64,000 bases of DNA from positions 96,001 through 160,000 of IMG/VR virus record IMGVR_UViG_3300050821_018577; one strand, 5' to 3'. Positions 8,805-16,810 of the stretch are shown in pieces; position 1 is the stretch's first letter; every line of letters starts with the position of its first letter. The DNA is from a virus. Under the pieces are notes generated by a model. That model had not been told where the DNA came from, searched no databases, and was given only the letters and a program-made list of their open reading frames with translations. A program made the translations under genes and the position numbers.

Positions 8805-11218
8805 GACGCTTATTTCTATGTGTCTTATTCCTTCTTGCCATGCCTACGCTTGCGCACGCACAATTATGGTCAGGAATTCTCGACCCCAGCCGAGGCATTG
8901 ACTGGACGCAGGCTGGTGTCGTCGGAGGTATTCCTTCAGCTACGTGGACGCAATGCGGTTCGACTCTTCCCTCTACGTCAACAGTTGCACAAGTACAAGC
9001 TGCAATAAATGCTTGTGGGACTAATCAATTCGTACAACTTGGATCTGGGAATTTCAGTTTCTCAACCTTTCTGAACATGAAGTCCAACATGGTCCTCCGA
9101 GGCTTGGGTGCCAATCAGACAACCCTTACCTTTGGCAGCAACGCCATTGGTGGAGGTTGTTTTTTAGGAGGGTCAACAATCTGCTTCACCAACGATGGCG
9201 GCACCTACAACAACTCTTTTGACAGTGCTCCGGGTCAATCGAATGCGGCGAATTGGACGGCAGGATTCTCGCAGGGAACGACTTCGATTACCGTGGGCAG
9301 TGTCGGTTCTGTCGGCATCAGAAACGGTCAGTATATTTATCTCGACCAGGCTAACGACACGGCACCGAATAGCAACCTGTTTATCTGCGACATCATAACG
9401 ACTTGCGCCATCGAGGGTGCTTCTCCTGGTCGCACTATTGGCGGCGTCAGTCACAGTCAGTTGCAGGCCGTAAAGGTCACTGCGGGATGCGCGACGCTCT
9501 GTACAGGTGCAGGACCATTTACGCTTACGATTACCCCGGGACTTTATGGAATAAATTGGAGTAGTTCTAAGGCCCCTGGTGCGTGGTTCCCGACGATTCC
9601 AATTTCAAACGCTGGGGTAGAAAACCTAACTATAAATAATCAGACCGCGACCGGAGACAACGGTTCCACTATTAACTTCATGAACGCATTTAACTGTTGG
9701 GTGACTGGAGTAGCCTCTCTTCATGGCGGACGAGCGCACGTTTGGATTACGAACGGGGCGCACATCACGGTCCAAAACAATTATTTCTATCAGACCCAGG
9801 ACGCGGCTTCCCAGAGCTACGGAATAGAAGTGGAACTAGCCAGCGATACCATGGTCGTAAATAATATTTTTCAGCAAGTGACCGCTCCAAATATCGGTGG
9901 CTCCGAGTTTGGAAACGTTTATGCATACAACTACTCGATTAACCATTTTCAAACTGGGTCCGTAAACTGCATGTACCCAAACGGAATCGCTCACGACGCA
10001 GCCGCAGAATACAACCTTTGGGAAGGCAACTTTTCCGAGAACGTTGAAGGAGATGATGTCCACGGAACTAGCGGACTTAACACGCTCTTTCGCAATATTT
10101 TCACGGGATACGAACTTGGCAAGATTTGCTCGACGATTGCCATCGTGTGGGATCCCTACAACCGCGATGAGAACGTTGTAGGAAACATCCTGGGGACGCC
10201 GGGGATTACGACGCTATACTACATTACGGACCCATTTAACGCTGGCGGTGTGTACGACTCCGGCTTGGTTCACGGCGGGATAGGTCCTGATTCAGTTGTT
10301 GGCACTACTATGCTTCGCTGGGGTAACTACGACAACGTGACAGGGTTCGTTAGATGGTGCGGCAATAGCAGCGACACGGGATGGTCCAATGTCAACGGCT
10401 GCAACAGCACATCTGAAGTTCCGACTAGCGGGGTCGGCTCACCCAGCTATGCTAATGCTGTCCCAAGTAAGGGCGATACAGGGATTGGGCAGAGCGCGAT
10501 GCCTGCGTCTTTCATATACGCCTCGCAGCCTAGCTGGTGGCCTAGCGGGAAGCCCTGGCCCCCGGCAGGCCCCGACATAAGCAGTGGGAGTATCGGTCAA
10601 TGTACTAGCGGAACTTATTCAGGGCTCATGGCTACGGCTTCGGGCCAGTGCGCGGGAGGGACATTCTCAGCGCATATTAACGCGGGCCATGCCAACAGCA
10701 ATCCAGCGATGGATTGTTTTTTGACCACGATGGCTGGGCCTCCGGACGGGTCAGGAAACGCGCTGAGTTTCAACGCTGCGACATGTTATTCCGCCCCGGC
10801 CAACGCGCCGACGGTCTCCTTGAATCCAACGAGTTTGAGCTTCGGTGCGGTGAACGTTGGAAAGGTTTCTGCGGCGCAGACCGTGACGTTGACCAACACA
10901 GGCACGGCCACGCTGAACATCACCAGCATCGCGCCGAGCGACGCGACCAACTACGCGATTTCGGCGAACACCTGTGGCGCAACCTTGACCATCGGAAATA
11001 ATTGCATTGTGAGCGTCACCTTCAATCCGACAACGCCTGGGGTGCACAACGCGAACTTGATTTTCATGACGAACGCTTCGACCAGCCCGAACAACGCGCC
11101 TCTATCCGGAACCGGGGTCAGTGTCACTCCAGTCTGTTTGGAAACACTGACAGAGCTCGATGCCTCGACCGGTCTGCGCGCTACTATACCGCAGCAAAAA
11201 TATGCGTGCCATCCATGA
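8801..11218 (+). CDS. pectin-lyase-like beta-helix protein with C-terminal ASH (choice-of-anchor D) Ig-like domain and signal peptide
   Basis: DWTQAGVVGGIP..MVLRGLGANQTTL and Asn-ladder repeats; LSFGAVNVG..QTVTLTNTGTATLNITSI..CxVxVTFNPT..LSGTG. Confidence 0.7.
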   Translation: MRRLFLCVLFLLAMPTLAHAQLWSGILDPSRGIDWTQAGVVGGIPSATWTQCGSTLPSTSTVAQVQAAINACGTNQFVQLGSGNFSFSTFLNMKSNMVLRGLGANQTTLTFGSNAIGGGCFLGGSTICFTNDGGTYNNSFDSAPGQSNAANWTAGFSQGTTSITVGSVGSVGIRNGQYIYLDQANDTAPNSNLFICDIITTCAIEGASPGRTIGGVSHSQLQAVKVTAGCATLCTGAGPFTLTITPGLYGINWSSSKAPGAWFPTIPISNAGVENLTINNQTATGDNGSTINFMNAFNCWVTGVASLHGGRAHVWITNGAHITVQNNYFYQTQDAASQSYGIEVELASDTMVVNNIFQQVTAPNIGGSEFGNVYAYNYSINHFQTGSVNCMYPNGIAHDAAAEYNLWEGNFSENVEGDDVHGTSGLNTLFRNIFTGYELGKICSTIAIVWDPYNRDENVVGNILGTPGITTLYYITDPFNAGGVYDSGLVHGGIGPDSVVGTTMLRWGNYDNVTGFVRWCGNSSDTGWSNVNGCNSTSEVPTSGVGSPSYANAVPSKGDTGIGQSAMPASFIYASQPSWWPSGKPWPPAGPDISSGSIGQCTSGTYSGLMATASGQCAGGTFSAHINAGHANSNPAMDCFLTTMAGPPDGSGNALSFNAATCYSAPANAPTVSLNPTSLSFGAVNVGKVSAAQTVTLTNTGTATLNITSIAPSDATNYAISANTCGATLTIGNNCIVSVTFNPTTPGVHNANLIFMTNASTSPNNAPLSGTGVSVTPVCLETLTELDASTGLRATIPQQKYACHP

Positions 11219-11793
11219 AAAATGTGCTCTGCTTCACGGTGCTTGCCTCGTTCGCCATGGGCGGTTGTCCGCGCAATCAGCCGAAGGCGCACAGTGTCGC
11301 GGTGACGCAGACTTTGCCGTCGGCCAGTTTGAATTGTGTGACGGTCCGGCGGAATCCTAAAACCAACGAAGCGGAAACCCTCGACTGCATTGATTCGGTC
11401 ACGGTCAGCGCTCCACAGCACGCGATGGCCACCGTAGCAGAGGTCCTCGCCGAGAGCGATGTCAATATGTCCGTACACGGAGCCGTAACTTCCGTGTCCG
11501 AGACCACCATGGTCAACGACATTATCCTGGCGGGACGGCTGCCGGTCTTCGCTGCGGAGAACGTCTCCGAGGTTCTAGCTGAGCAGGACCTCGCTGTAAA
11601 TCGGTCCGACCACGGCTCGGCCATCCAAGAAGGAGTTGCGGAGGCCGATTCGACCGACAGGAAGCGCAAGGTACGCGTTTCAATTTCGGAAACCGTTTTG
11701 ACCGTTGACAGCTTATACTGTCCCTTGCATGCTATCGCGCAGGTCATCGAAACGCTTACGACGACTGACCAGTTGACGTGCAGCGGAATTTAA
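11215..11793 (+). CDS. putative lipoprotein with VxEVLxESD repeats
   Basis: Lipobox-like MGG|C after a hydrophobic core; repeats resemble those of the 4044 gene. Confidence 0.5.
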   Translation: MKNVLCFTVLASFAMGGCPRNQPKAHSVAVTQTLPSASLNCVTVRRNPKTNEAETLDCIDSVTVSAPQHAMATVAEVLAESDVNMSVHGAVTSVSETTMVNDIILAGRLPVFAAENVSEVLAEQDLAVNRSDHGSAIQEGVAEADSTDRKRKVRVSISETVLTVDSLYCPLHAIAQVIETLTTTDQLTCSGI

Positions 11794-11803
11794 TGGTGAG
11801 CGA

Positions 11804-12511
11804 ATGAGCACCCCGCCAACACCACCTGTTGATGGATCGTCGTCCCTTGACCTAACAGACTTGGGGACGATAAAGCAGTGGATCCCGGGTCTTGCGGGCA
11901 ATACGACCGACGACCAATTACTGCAAGCCTGCATTACCGCATGGGGATTTGAGTTTTTAAGCCGCACCGGTTTCGGCGACCAGAATGGAGACAATCTCCA
12001 GTCTCCCTTCAATGCCATCTGTAATTTCAATGAGACTTACAACGGATCAGGAACCTCACGACTTTATCTACGCAATCGGCCAATCCGTACTGTGACCTCG
12101 CTCACCATCAACGACATCGCGATAAATCCGTCCACCTCCAATTCTGCGGCAGGCTGGGTGGTCGACGGAAACGCAAGAAGCATTCATTTGCGCGGCGGTT
12201 CCAGCGGTTGGAGTGGAAGCCTCCCGCAGATGGCTTGGCAAGCCGGCGCGTACCGTGCATTCGGCGGTGGCATGAAATTCTTTGTAGGCGTGCAAAACGT
12301 CAATGTGCTATACACAGCCGGCTACTCCAGCACACCAGCGGACATTGTGCAATGCGCGAACAAGGTCGTACATCTAAACTACAAGCGACGGTCATACACT
12401 GACGAGGAATCTCGCGCTATGGCCGGCGGAGCCGGAACAATTCGCTATGCGCAATGGGACATCCCGCGAGAATGCCAGATAGTGGTCGACCGATATACAC
12501 GGACTTTGTAA
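11804..12511 (+). CDS. head-tail connector/adaptor protein
   Basis: LTxLxxxKxW..DDxLLQ..ETYNG..LxLRNRPI..NVxVxYTAGY..PADI pattern; position at start of the tail module. Confidence 0.75.
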   Translation: MSTPPTPPVDGSSSLDLTDLGTIKQWIPGLAGNTTDDQLLQACITAWGFEFLSRTGFGDQNGDNLQSPFNAICNFNETYNGSGTSRLYLRNRPIRTVTSLTINDIAINPSTSNSAAGWVVDGNARSIHLRGGSSGWSGSLPQMAWQAGAYRAFGGGMKFFVGVQNVNVLYTAGYSSTPADIVQCANKVVHLNYKRRSYTDEESRAMAGGAGTIRYAQWDIPRECQIVVDRYTRTL

Positions 12512-13023
12512 TGCTCAAAATTTCTTTCATCAATAATTCCGACCAACGCCTGGTAGAAACCTTGCGAACAAAGGGCCCGGCGATTGTGCGGGCCATCGTG
12601 AGCAAACTAAATGAGCTCATGATTAGCCTGCAAAGCTACATCGTATCGAGCAAGCTGTCCGGACAAGCCCTACAGAGGCGCACGGGAACGCTTGCCGGAA
12701 GCGTTCGTTACATTCCCGCAGTCCTTGAGGGAACAACAATCACTGGAGCCGTCGAAGGGGCAGGAGGACCCGCCTGGTACGGGTCGCTCTATGAGGACAC
12801 AGATGCTGGCGGTACCGGTGGCGTGCCCCATTCCTGGCTGATTACGGCCAGCAAGGCCAGGGCCCTCTCGTTCCTCGTGGACGGCAAGCGCGTGTTCGCG
12901 CGCAGTGTCATGCATCCTCCTTTGGTTGCGCGGCCATTTATGACTCCTGCGCTCGACGAAAACGCTGCGGATATCGAAGCGCAGTTACGCGCGGCCGTTG
13001 ATGCCGAGGTACTCAAACCGTGA
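12511..13023 (+). CDS. neck / tail-completion protein (HK97 gp10-like)
   Basis: RTGTLAGS, and ARPFMTPAL near the C-terminus; synteny. Confidence 0.6.
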   Translation: MLKISFINNSDQRLVETLRTKGPAIVRAIVSKLNELMISLQSYIVSSKLSGQALQRRTGTLAGSVRYIPAVLEGTTITGAVEGAGGPAWYGSLYEDTDAGGTGGVPHSWLITASKARALSFLVDGKRVFARSVMHPPLVARPFMTPALDENAADIEAQLRAAVDAEVLKP

Positions 13024-13496
13024 GAGGTACCCGTGAGGCCATTAGTGTCGCACTTTTCAATCTGCTCTCTGGCAACCAACAGCTCACCAGTCTCTGCAAG
13101 ACCATCACGCGCACGCCGCGGATCTGGACGTCCGTTAATGACGCCGAAAAGCCTTTCCTGCTTTTATTTAAAGGAGGCCCGGCAACAGAGCATTTTGACC
13201 AGCCGCAGGCCGGCAGGATTGCGCTAACAAAATACATCATCCATTACAATTTATGGCTGTACCTTACGGCAGACCCATCCGGGCAGAACAACGCAGAAAC
13301 GGTCGTGAATAACATCTCCGATGCCCTTGACGCCGCAATGCAAGTGAACGCGTCGCCACCTGCATTTGGCGAGCGGCAGACCCTAGGAGGCCTTGTCAAT
13401 AACGCCTGGATCGATGGCGGGTCGGAGTGGGGCCGGGAATTTGAAGACCAAAACTTGGTTGTTTTTTGGAGGATCAGCGTGGAGACTGGAATTTAG
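13020..13496 (+). CDS. tail terminator-like protein
   Basis: Synteny before the tail tube; QTLGGLV..W motif. Confidence 0.55.
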   Translation: MRGTREAISVALFNLLSGNQQLTSLCKTITRTPRIWTSVNDAEKPFLLLFKGGPATEHFDQPQAGRIALTKYIIHYNLWLYLTADPSGQNNAETVVNNISDALDAAMQVNASPPAFGERQTLGGLVNNAWIDGGSEWGREFEDQNLVVFWRISVETGI

Positions 13497-13721
13497 ATGG
13501 ACGGACCAAAAACAGCGAAGCAGTTCAATGCGCCATTAACCGGCGAATTAACGATTATGGCCCAGCCCGGGAATTTTACGATGGCCAGCGGCTATGCACA
13601 CCAGTTGGCCATGGACGCGGAACTAGCCCGATACCGCAAACTATTCGATGCACTAGCCAATCTGGTTCAGGACCCTGAGCTCCCGCTCGCGATTGTCATG
13701 CGCATCATTGAGGTTGATTAG
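13497..13721 (+). CDS. hypothetical protein
   Basis: ORF abuts the upstream stop codon. Confidence 0.4.
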   Translation: MDGPKTAKQFNAPLTGELTIMAQPGNFTMASGYAHQLAMDAELARYRKLFDALANLVQDPELPLAIVMRIIEVD

Positions 13722-13787
13722 ACCAAAAAAACTTCTTCCATGTGGTGCATTTCTTCTATACGGTTTTGGTGAGATGCAGGAGTCCAC

Positions 13788-14558
13788 ATGCGCATAGCTT
13801 TTGGAGCCGGCCAGCTCTTTGCGTTGCCCGGGCCATTCTTCGGCGGCACTTTCAATGCCTCTCCTGTCTGGTTCGCCACCCTCCAGGACGTCGACGTAAC
13901 AATCGACGCGACCATCAAAGAACTGCGCGGCAACCTTCAGTTTCCAGACGACACGGCCATCAGCGACAAGAAAATCACCTGGAAGGCAGGTACCGGCCGG
14001 TTCTCGATCGATACCTGGAACAATCTTTATTTTGGCGACGTCATTAGCACTGGCAGCAACTCTGGAGGCAGCGGCGCCGGCGGTGGCGTTCCACAAGTCC
14101 AGGAAGCTGTCACGCTCAATGCCACGACTTATACGGTTGCGCATTCTGCAAACTTCACCCAGGATATGGGCGTCATTTACGGCTCAACGCTCCAGCTTTT
14201 ACAGAAAGTCACCGGCGTACCCACCCTAGGCCAGTACAATGTGTCCGCCGGTGTGTACGGTTTCAGCACTTCCGATAACAACAAAGCGATTTTGGTTTCC
14301 TACCGCTACGGGATCACCACCGGCCGCGTGCTCGTTGTCCAAAACCACGTTCAGGGATGGGGGCCACAATTTGAAATGTTGCTTTCGCAGCCCTATCAGG
14401 AATTGACCGCGGGCATCCCAAACTATTTGGACCTGTATGCTTGCAAGTGCGGAAAACTCACTGCCCCGCTAAAGCGCGCCGACTATTTGATTTCCGACCT
14501 CGAGGGCCAAGCGTTCGCTAACAGCGCCGGATTCATCGGCGAGTTTTACGAAGATTAA
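13788..14558 (+). CDS. major tail tube protein
   Basis: FGAGQLF..LQDVDVTIDATIKELRGNLQFP pattern; GGAG RBS; synteny. Confidence 0.7.
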   Translation: MRIAFGAGQLFALPGPFFGGTFNASPVWFATLQDVDVTIDATIKELRGNLQFPDDTAISDKKITWKAGTGRFSIDTWNNLYFGDVISTGSNSGGSGAGGGVPQVQEAVTLNATTYTVAHSANFTQDMGVIYGSTLQLLQKVTGVPTLGQYNVSAGVYGFSTSDNNKAILVSYRYGITTGRVLVVQNHVQGWGPQFEMLLSQPYQELTAGIPNYLDLYACKCGKLTAPLKRADYLISDLEGQAFANSAGFIGEFYED

Positions 14559-14562
14559 AAGT

Positions 14563-15828
14563 GTGTTGGCCCAAAGGCGCGCCGCCATCCCGAGAATAGC
14601 CGCAGCGTTCGCTTGCTCTCTGCTGCTCATCGCACAGGCTGTACCGCAATCGTGCATAGTGCCGGCGAATGGCGCGGTGGTAAAGACGACCAGTTATTCG
14701 GCGCTGGCCGCCGACTACGGCAAGCTCATCGTGATGAACTGCGCAAGCGCCTGCACGCTGACCCTACCTGCAACGCCGCAATCTCCGGTGTGGTTCATCT
14801 GGGTCGAGACCGTCGGCGCAGGTCAGGTCACGGTCAGCCCGAACGGCCTCAACTTCAACGGATCTTCCGCGAGCATCGTCCTACCGGTCAGTGCCGGGGC
14901 CGGGGTCTCGGTTTGGACCGACAATCTAAACTATTTTGGCAGCCAGGTCTCTTACTTCACGACTACCGGCTCTCCTTCATCTGGAAACCTCGCTAAATTT
15001 TCCGGTGCAACCTCCGTCACGAATGCCGACCTGTCCGGAGACTGCACGACCTCTGGCACTGCGGCGATGACCTGCACGAAGACCAACGGCACGGCGTTCG
15101 CCACGAGCGCGACCACAGACACAACGAACGCCTCGAACGTCTCCAGTGGGACTTTGGGCGCGGCGCGCGTGGCGCAAATAAACCTCGCTGCGTCCGGCAA
15201 CGGCGGAGTCGGAGGAAATCTTCCGGTCGGAAACTTGAACAGCGGCATCGGCGCCAATTCCTCGACTGCTTGGCGTGGAGATGGAACATGGGGCCCTACG
15301 CCAGCAATGGTTGGTATCCCGAATACGACCACGGTTGTCGTCAGTGGAAATGTGTCGACACCTCAAAATATGCAATCGGCGTCCTCGGCCATAGTGGCGG
15401 GCGCTTTAAATACTCTAGGTAAAACCGTCAGAATTACTTCTTATGGCTCGTTTTTCCCGGTCAACAATTCAGAGACTGTATCTCTAAGGTTTACACCAGG
15501 TCCCGCAAGCCTTACCGCAGCCGTCCTGTTTGGCACTTTCGTTCCAACATTGGCCAACGCCAACTACGTTTGGAAGATGTCTTTTATATGCACAACGACC
15601 ACGACTGGCGCAAGCGGGACCCTGACGTGTATCGGGGATCTAAGTATCCAACTTCCGGGCGCAGCGACGCTGGAAGCCACCTACTTCATGGGCGTTCCTC
15701 CTAGTACGTTGTTTACTGGCCTTGACCTAACCTCGGCCCTTACACCTCTCAATGCCATTGCTTTTGGCACTGCATCGACGACGAATCAGGCATCGAGTAC
15801 TTACTTTCTTGTGGAACAACTAAACTAA
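14563..15828 (+). CDS. signal-peptide fibre/accessory protein inserted between tail tube and chaperone
   Basis: Paralogous N-module; WRGDGTW fibre-like motif. Confidence 0.6.
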   Translation: MLAQRRAAIPRIAAAFACSLLLIAQAVPQSCIVPANGAVVKTTSYSALAADYGKLIVMNCASACTLTLPATPQSPVWFIWVETVGAGQVTVSPNGLNFNGSSASIVLPVSAGAGVSVWTDNLNYFGSQVSYFTTTGSPSSGNLAKFSGATSVTNADLSGDCTTSGTAAMTCTKTNGTAFATSATTDTTNASNVSSGTLGAARVAQINLAASGNGGVGGNLPVGNLNSGIGANSSTAWRGDGTWGPTPAMVGIPNTTTVVVSGNVSTPQNMQSASSAIVAGALNTLGKTVRITSYGSFFPVNNSETVSLRFTPGPASLTAAVLFGTFVPTLANANYVWKMSFICTTTTTGASGTLTCIGDLSIQLPGAATLEATYFMGVPPSTLFTGLDLTSALTPLNAIAFGTASTTNQASSTYFLVEQLN

Positions 15829-15850
15829 AGCTCTCGGCGTGCATTTAACC

Positions 15851-15879
15851 TTGACACTGGTACGGACCAGAATTATTCT
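15851..15879 (+). promoter_or_regulatory. sigma70-type promoter upstream of tail chaperone
   Basis: TTGACA (15851-15856), 17 nt spacer, TATTCT (15874-15879). Confidence 0.55.
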
Positions 15880-16080
15880 TTCATCGGAAATAGTGCTCCG
15901 TTCTAACCTCACGGTTCCGGCTCATTGTTTCTCCCTTCGGGGCTGCGTCTCGCGGTTTTGGCGTGGCCCCTACAAAATCTTCGAAGAGCAGTTCAAAGTA
16001 GCGTCGGTTGCCCCGTGGGAAAGCCCACAAGCCGACAGCACAGAAAAAAAATCAAAAATTTGCAAATCAGAAAGGCATTT

Positions 16081-16434
16081 ATGCCACGAGTCCGTGAAAT
16101 CACCCTGGACAACATCAAGGTGAAAATTTCCCCGTTCAGTTACGACGAGTTTGAGAAGTATGTCATTGAAAGCAAGGAACTATTGGCGCGCGACCCCAAG
16201 CCAACGCTTGAGGAATGGGGCGTTCGTACACTCAACACGGTGGTGTTGGCTTTGAACAAAGGCGCTGCGGCCAGCGGAGCGACCAACGGGAATGCTATGC
16301 AATGGGACGTCAAAAGACTCACCGCGGAATTCGACATGGTGACGATCAACGACATCTATGAAGAGTTCATGAAGATGAGTGGCTTGCGAGCTCCCGTATC
16401 GGGGGAAGCTCCGGCGACATCGATTTTGCCCTGA
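16081..16434 (+). CDS. tail assembly chaperone (gpG-like)
   Basis: AGAAAGG RBS; position before tape measure; slippery site near the end. Confidence 0.75.
   Translation: MPRVREITLDNIKVKISPFSYDEFEKYVIESKELLARDPKPTLEEWGVRTLNTVVLALNKGAAASGATNGNAMQWDVKRLTAEFDMVTINDIYEEFMKMSGLRAPVSGEAPATSILP
16401..16407 (+). other. programmed -1 frameshift site G GGG GAA
   Basis: In-frame heptamer TCG GGG GAA; the -1 frame is open from 16401 to 16808. Confidence 0.75.
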
Positions 16435-16808
16435 TTCGGTGTCGCGTCGTAACGGAGTTGGGCAAGACCCCGGAAGAAGTTGGTGCGATCGACCTTCCGG
16501 ACATTGTGGCCTTGCTCGAATATTGGCTCGATTATCCGCCAGTGCATCTGCTGTTGCGGTCCTGGACGGGATTTGAAAGGAAAGGGAGTCGTCAGCCAGA
16601 CACTTGGCGCGCGAAAAGAGCGCACGAAATGGGCGACGAAACCTACAGGCCGGAAATGGAAGCAATGACAGACAAGGATCTGCGCATCAAGGATGATTTC
16701 CTGCGGTCAACTGGCGCAAGGCATCTGGACTGTGCGCCGCCGCATATTCAGTTGGCGGTTGAACGCTCGAAAAAGGGCGAGCATTTCGCGATTGCTAAAC
16801 CGGAGTAA
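16401..16808 (+). CDS. frameshifted chaperone extension (gpT-like)
   Basis: -1 frame reads SSGDIDFALIRCRVVTELGKTPEEV..LLEYWLDYPPVH and ends just before the tape measure gene. Confidence 0.7.
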   Translation, partial: GGSSGDIDFALIRCRVVTELGKTPEEVGAIDLPDIVALLEYWLDYPPVHLLLRSWTGFERKGSRQPDTWRAKRAHEMGDETYRPEMEAMTDKDLRIKDDFLRSTGARHLDCAPPHIQLAVERSKKGEHFAIAKPE

Positions 16809-16810
16809 GC

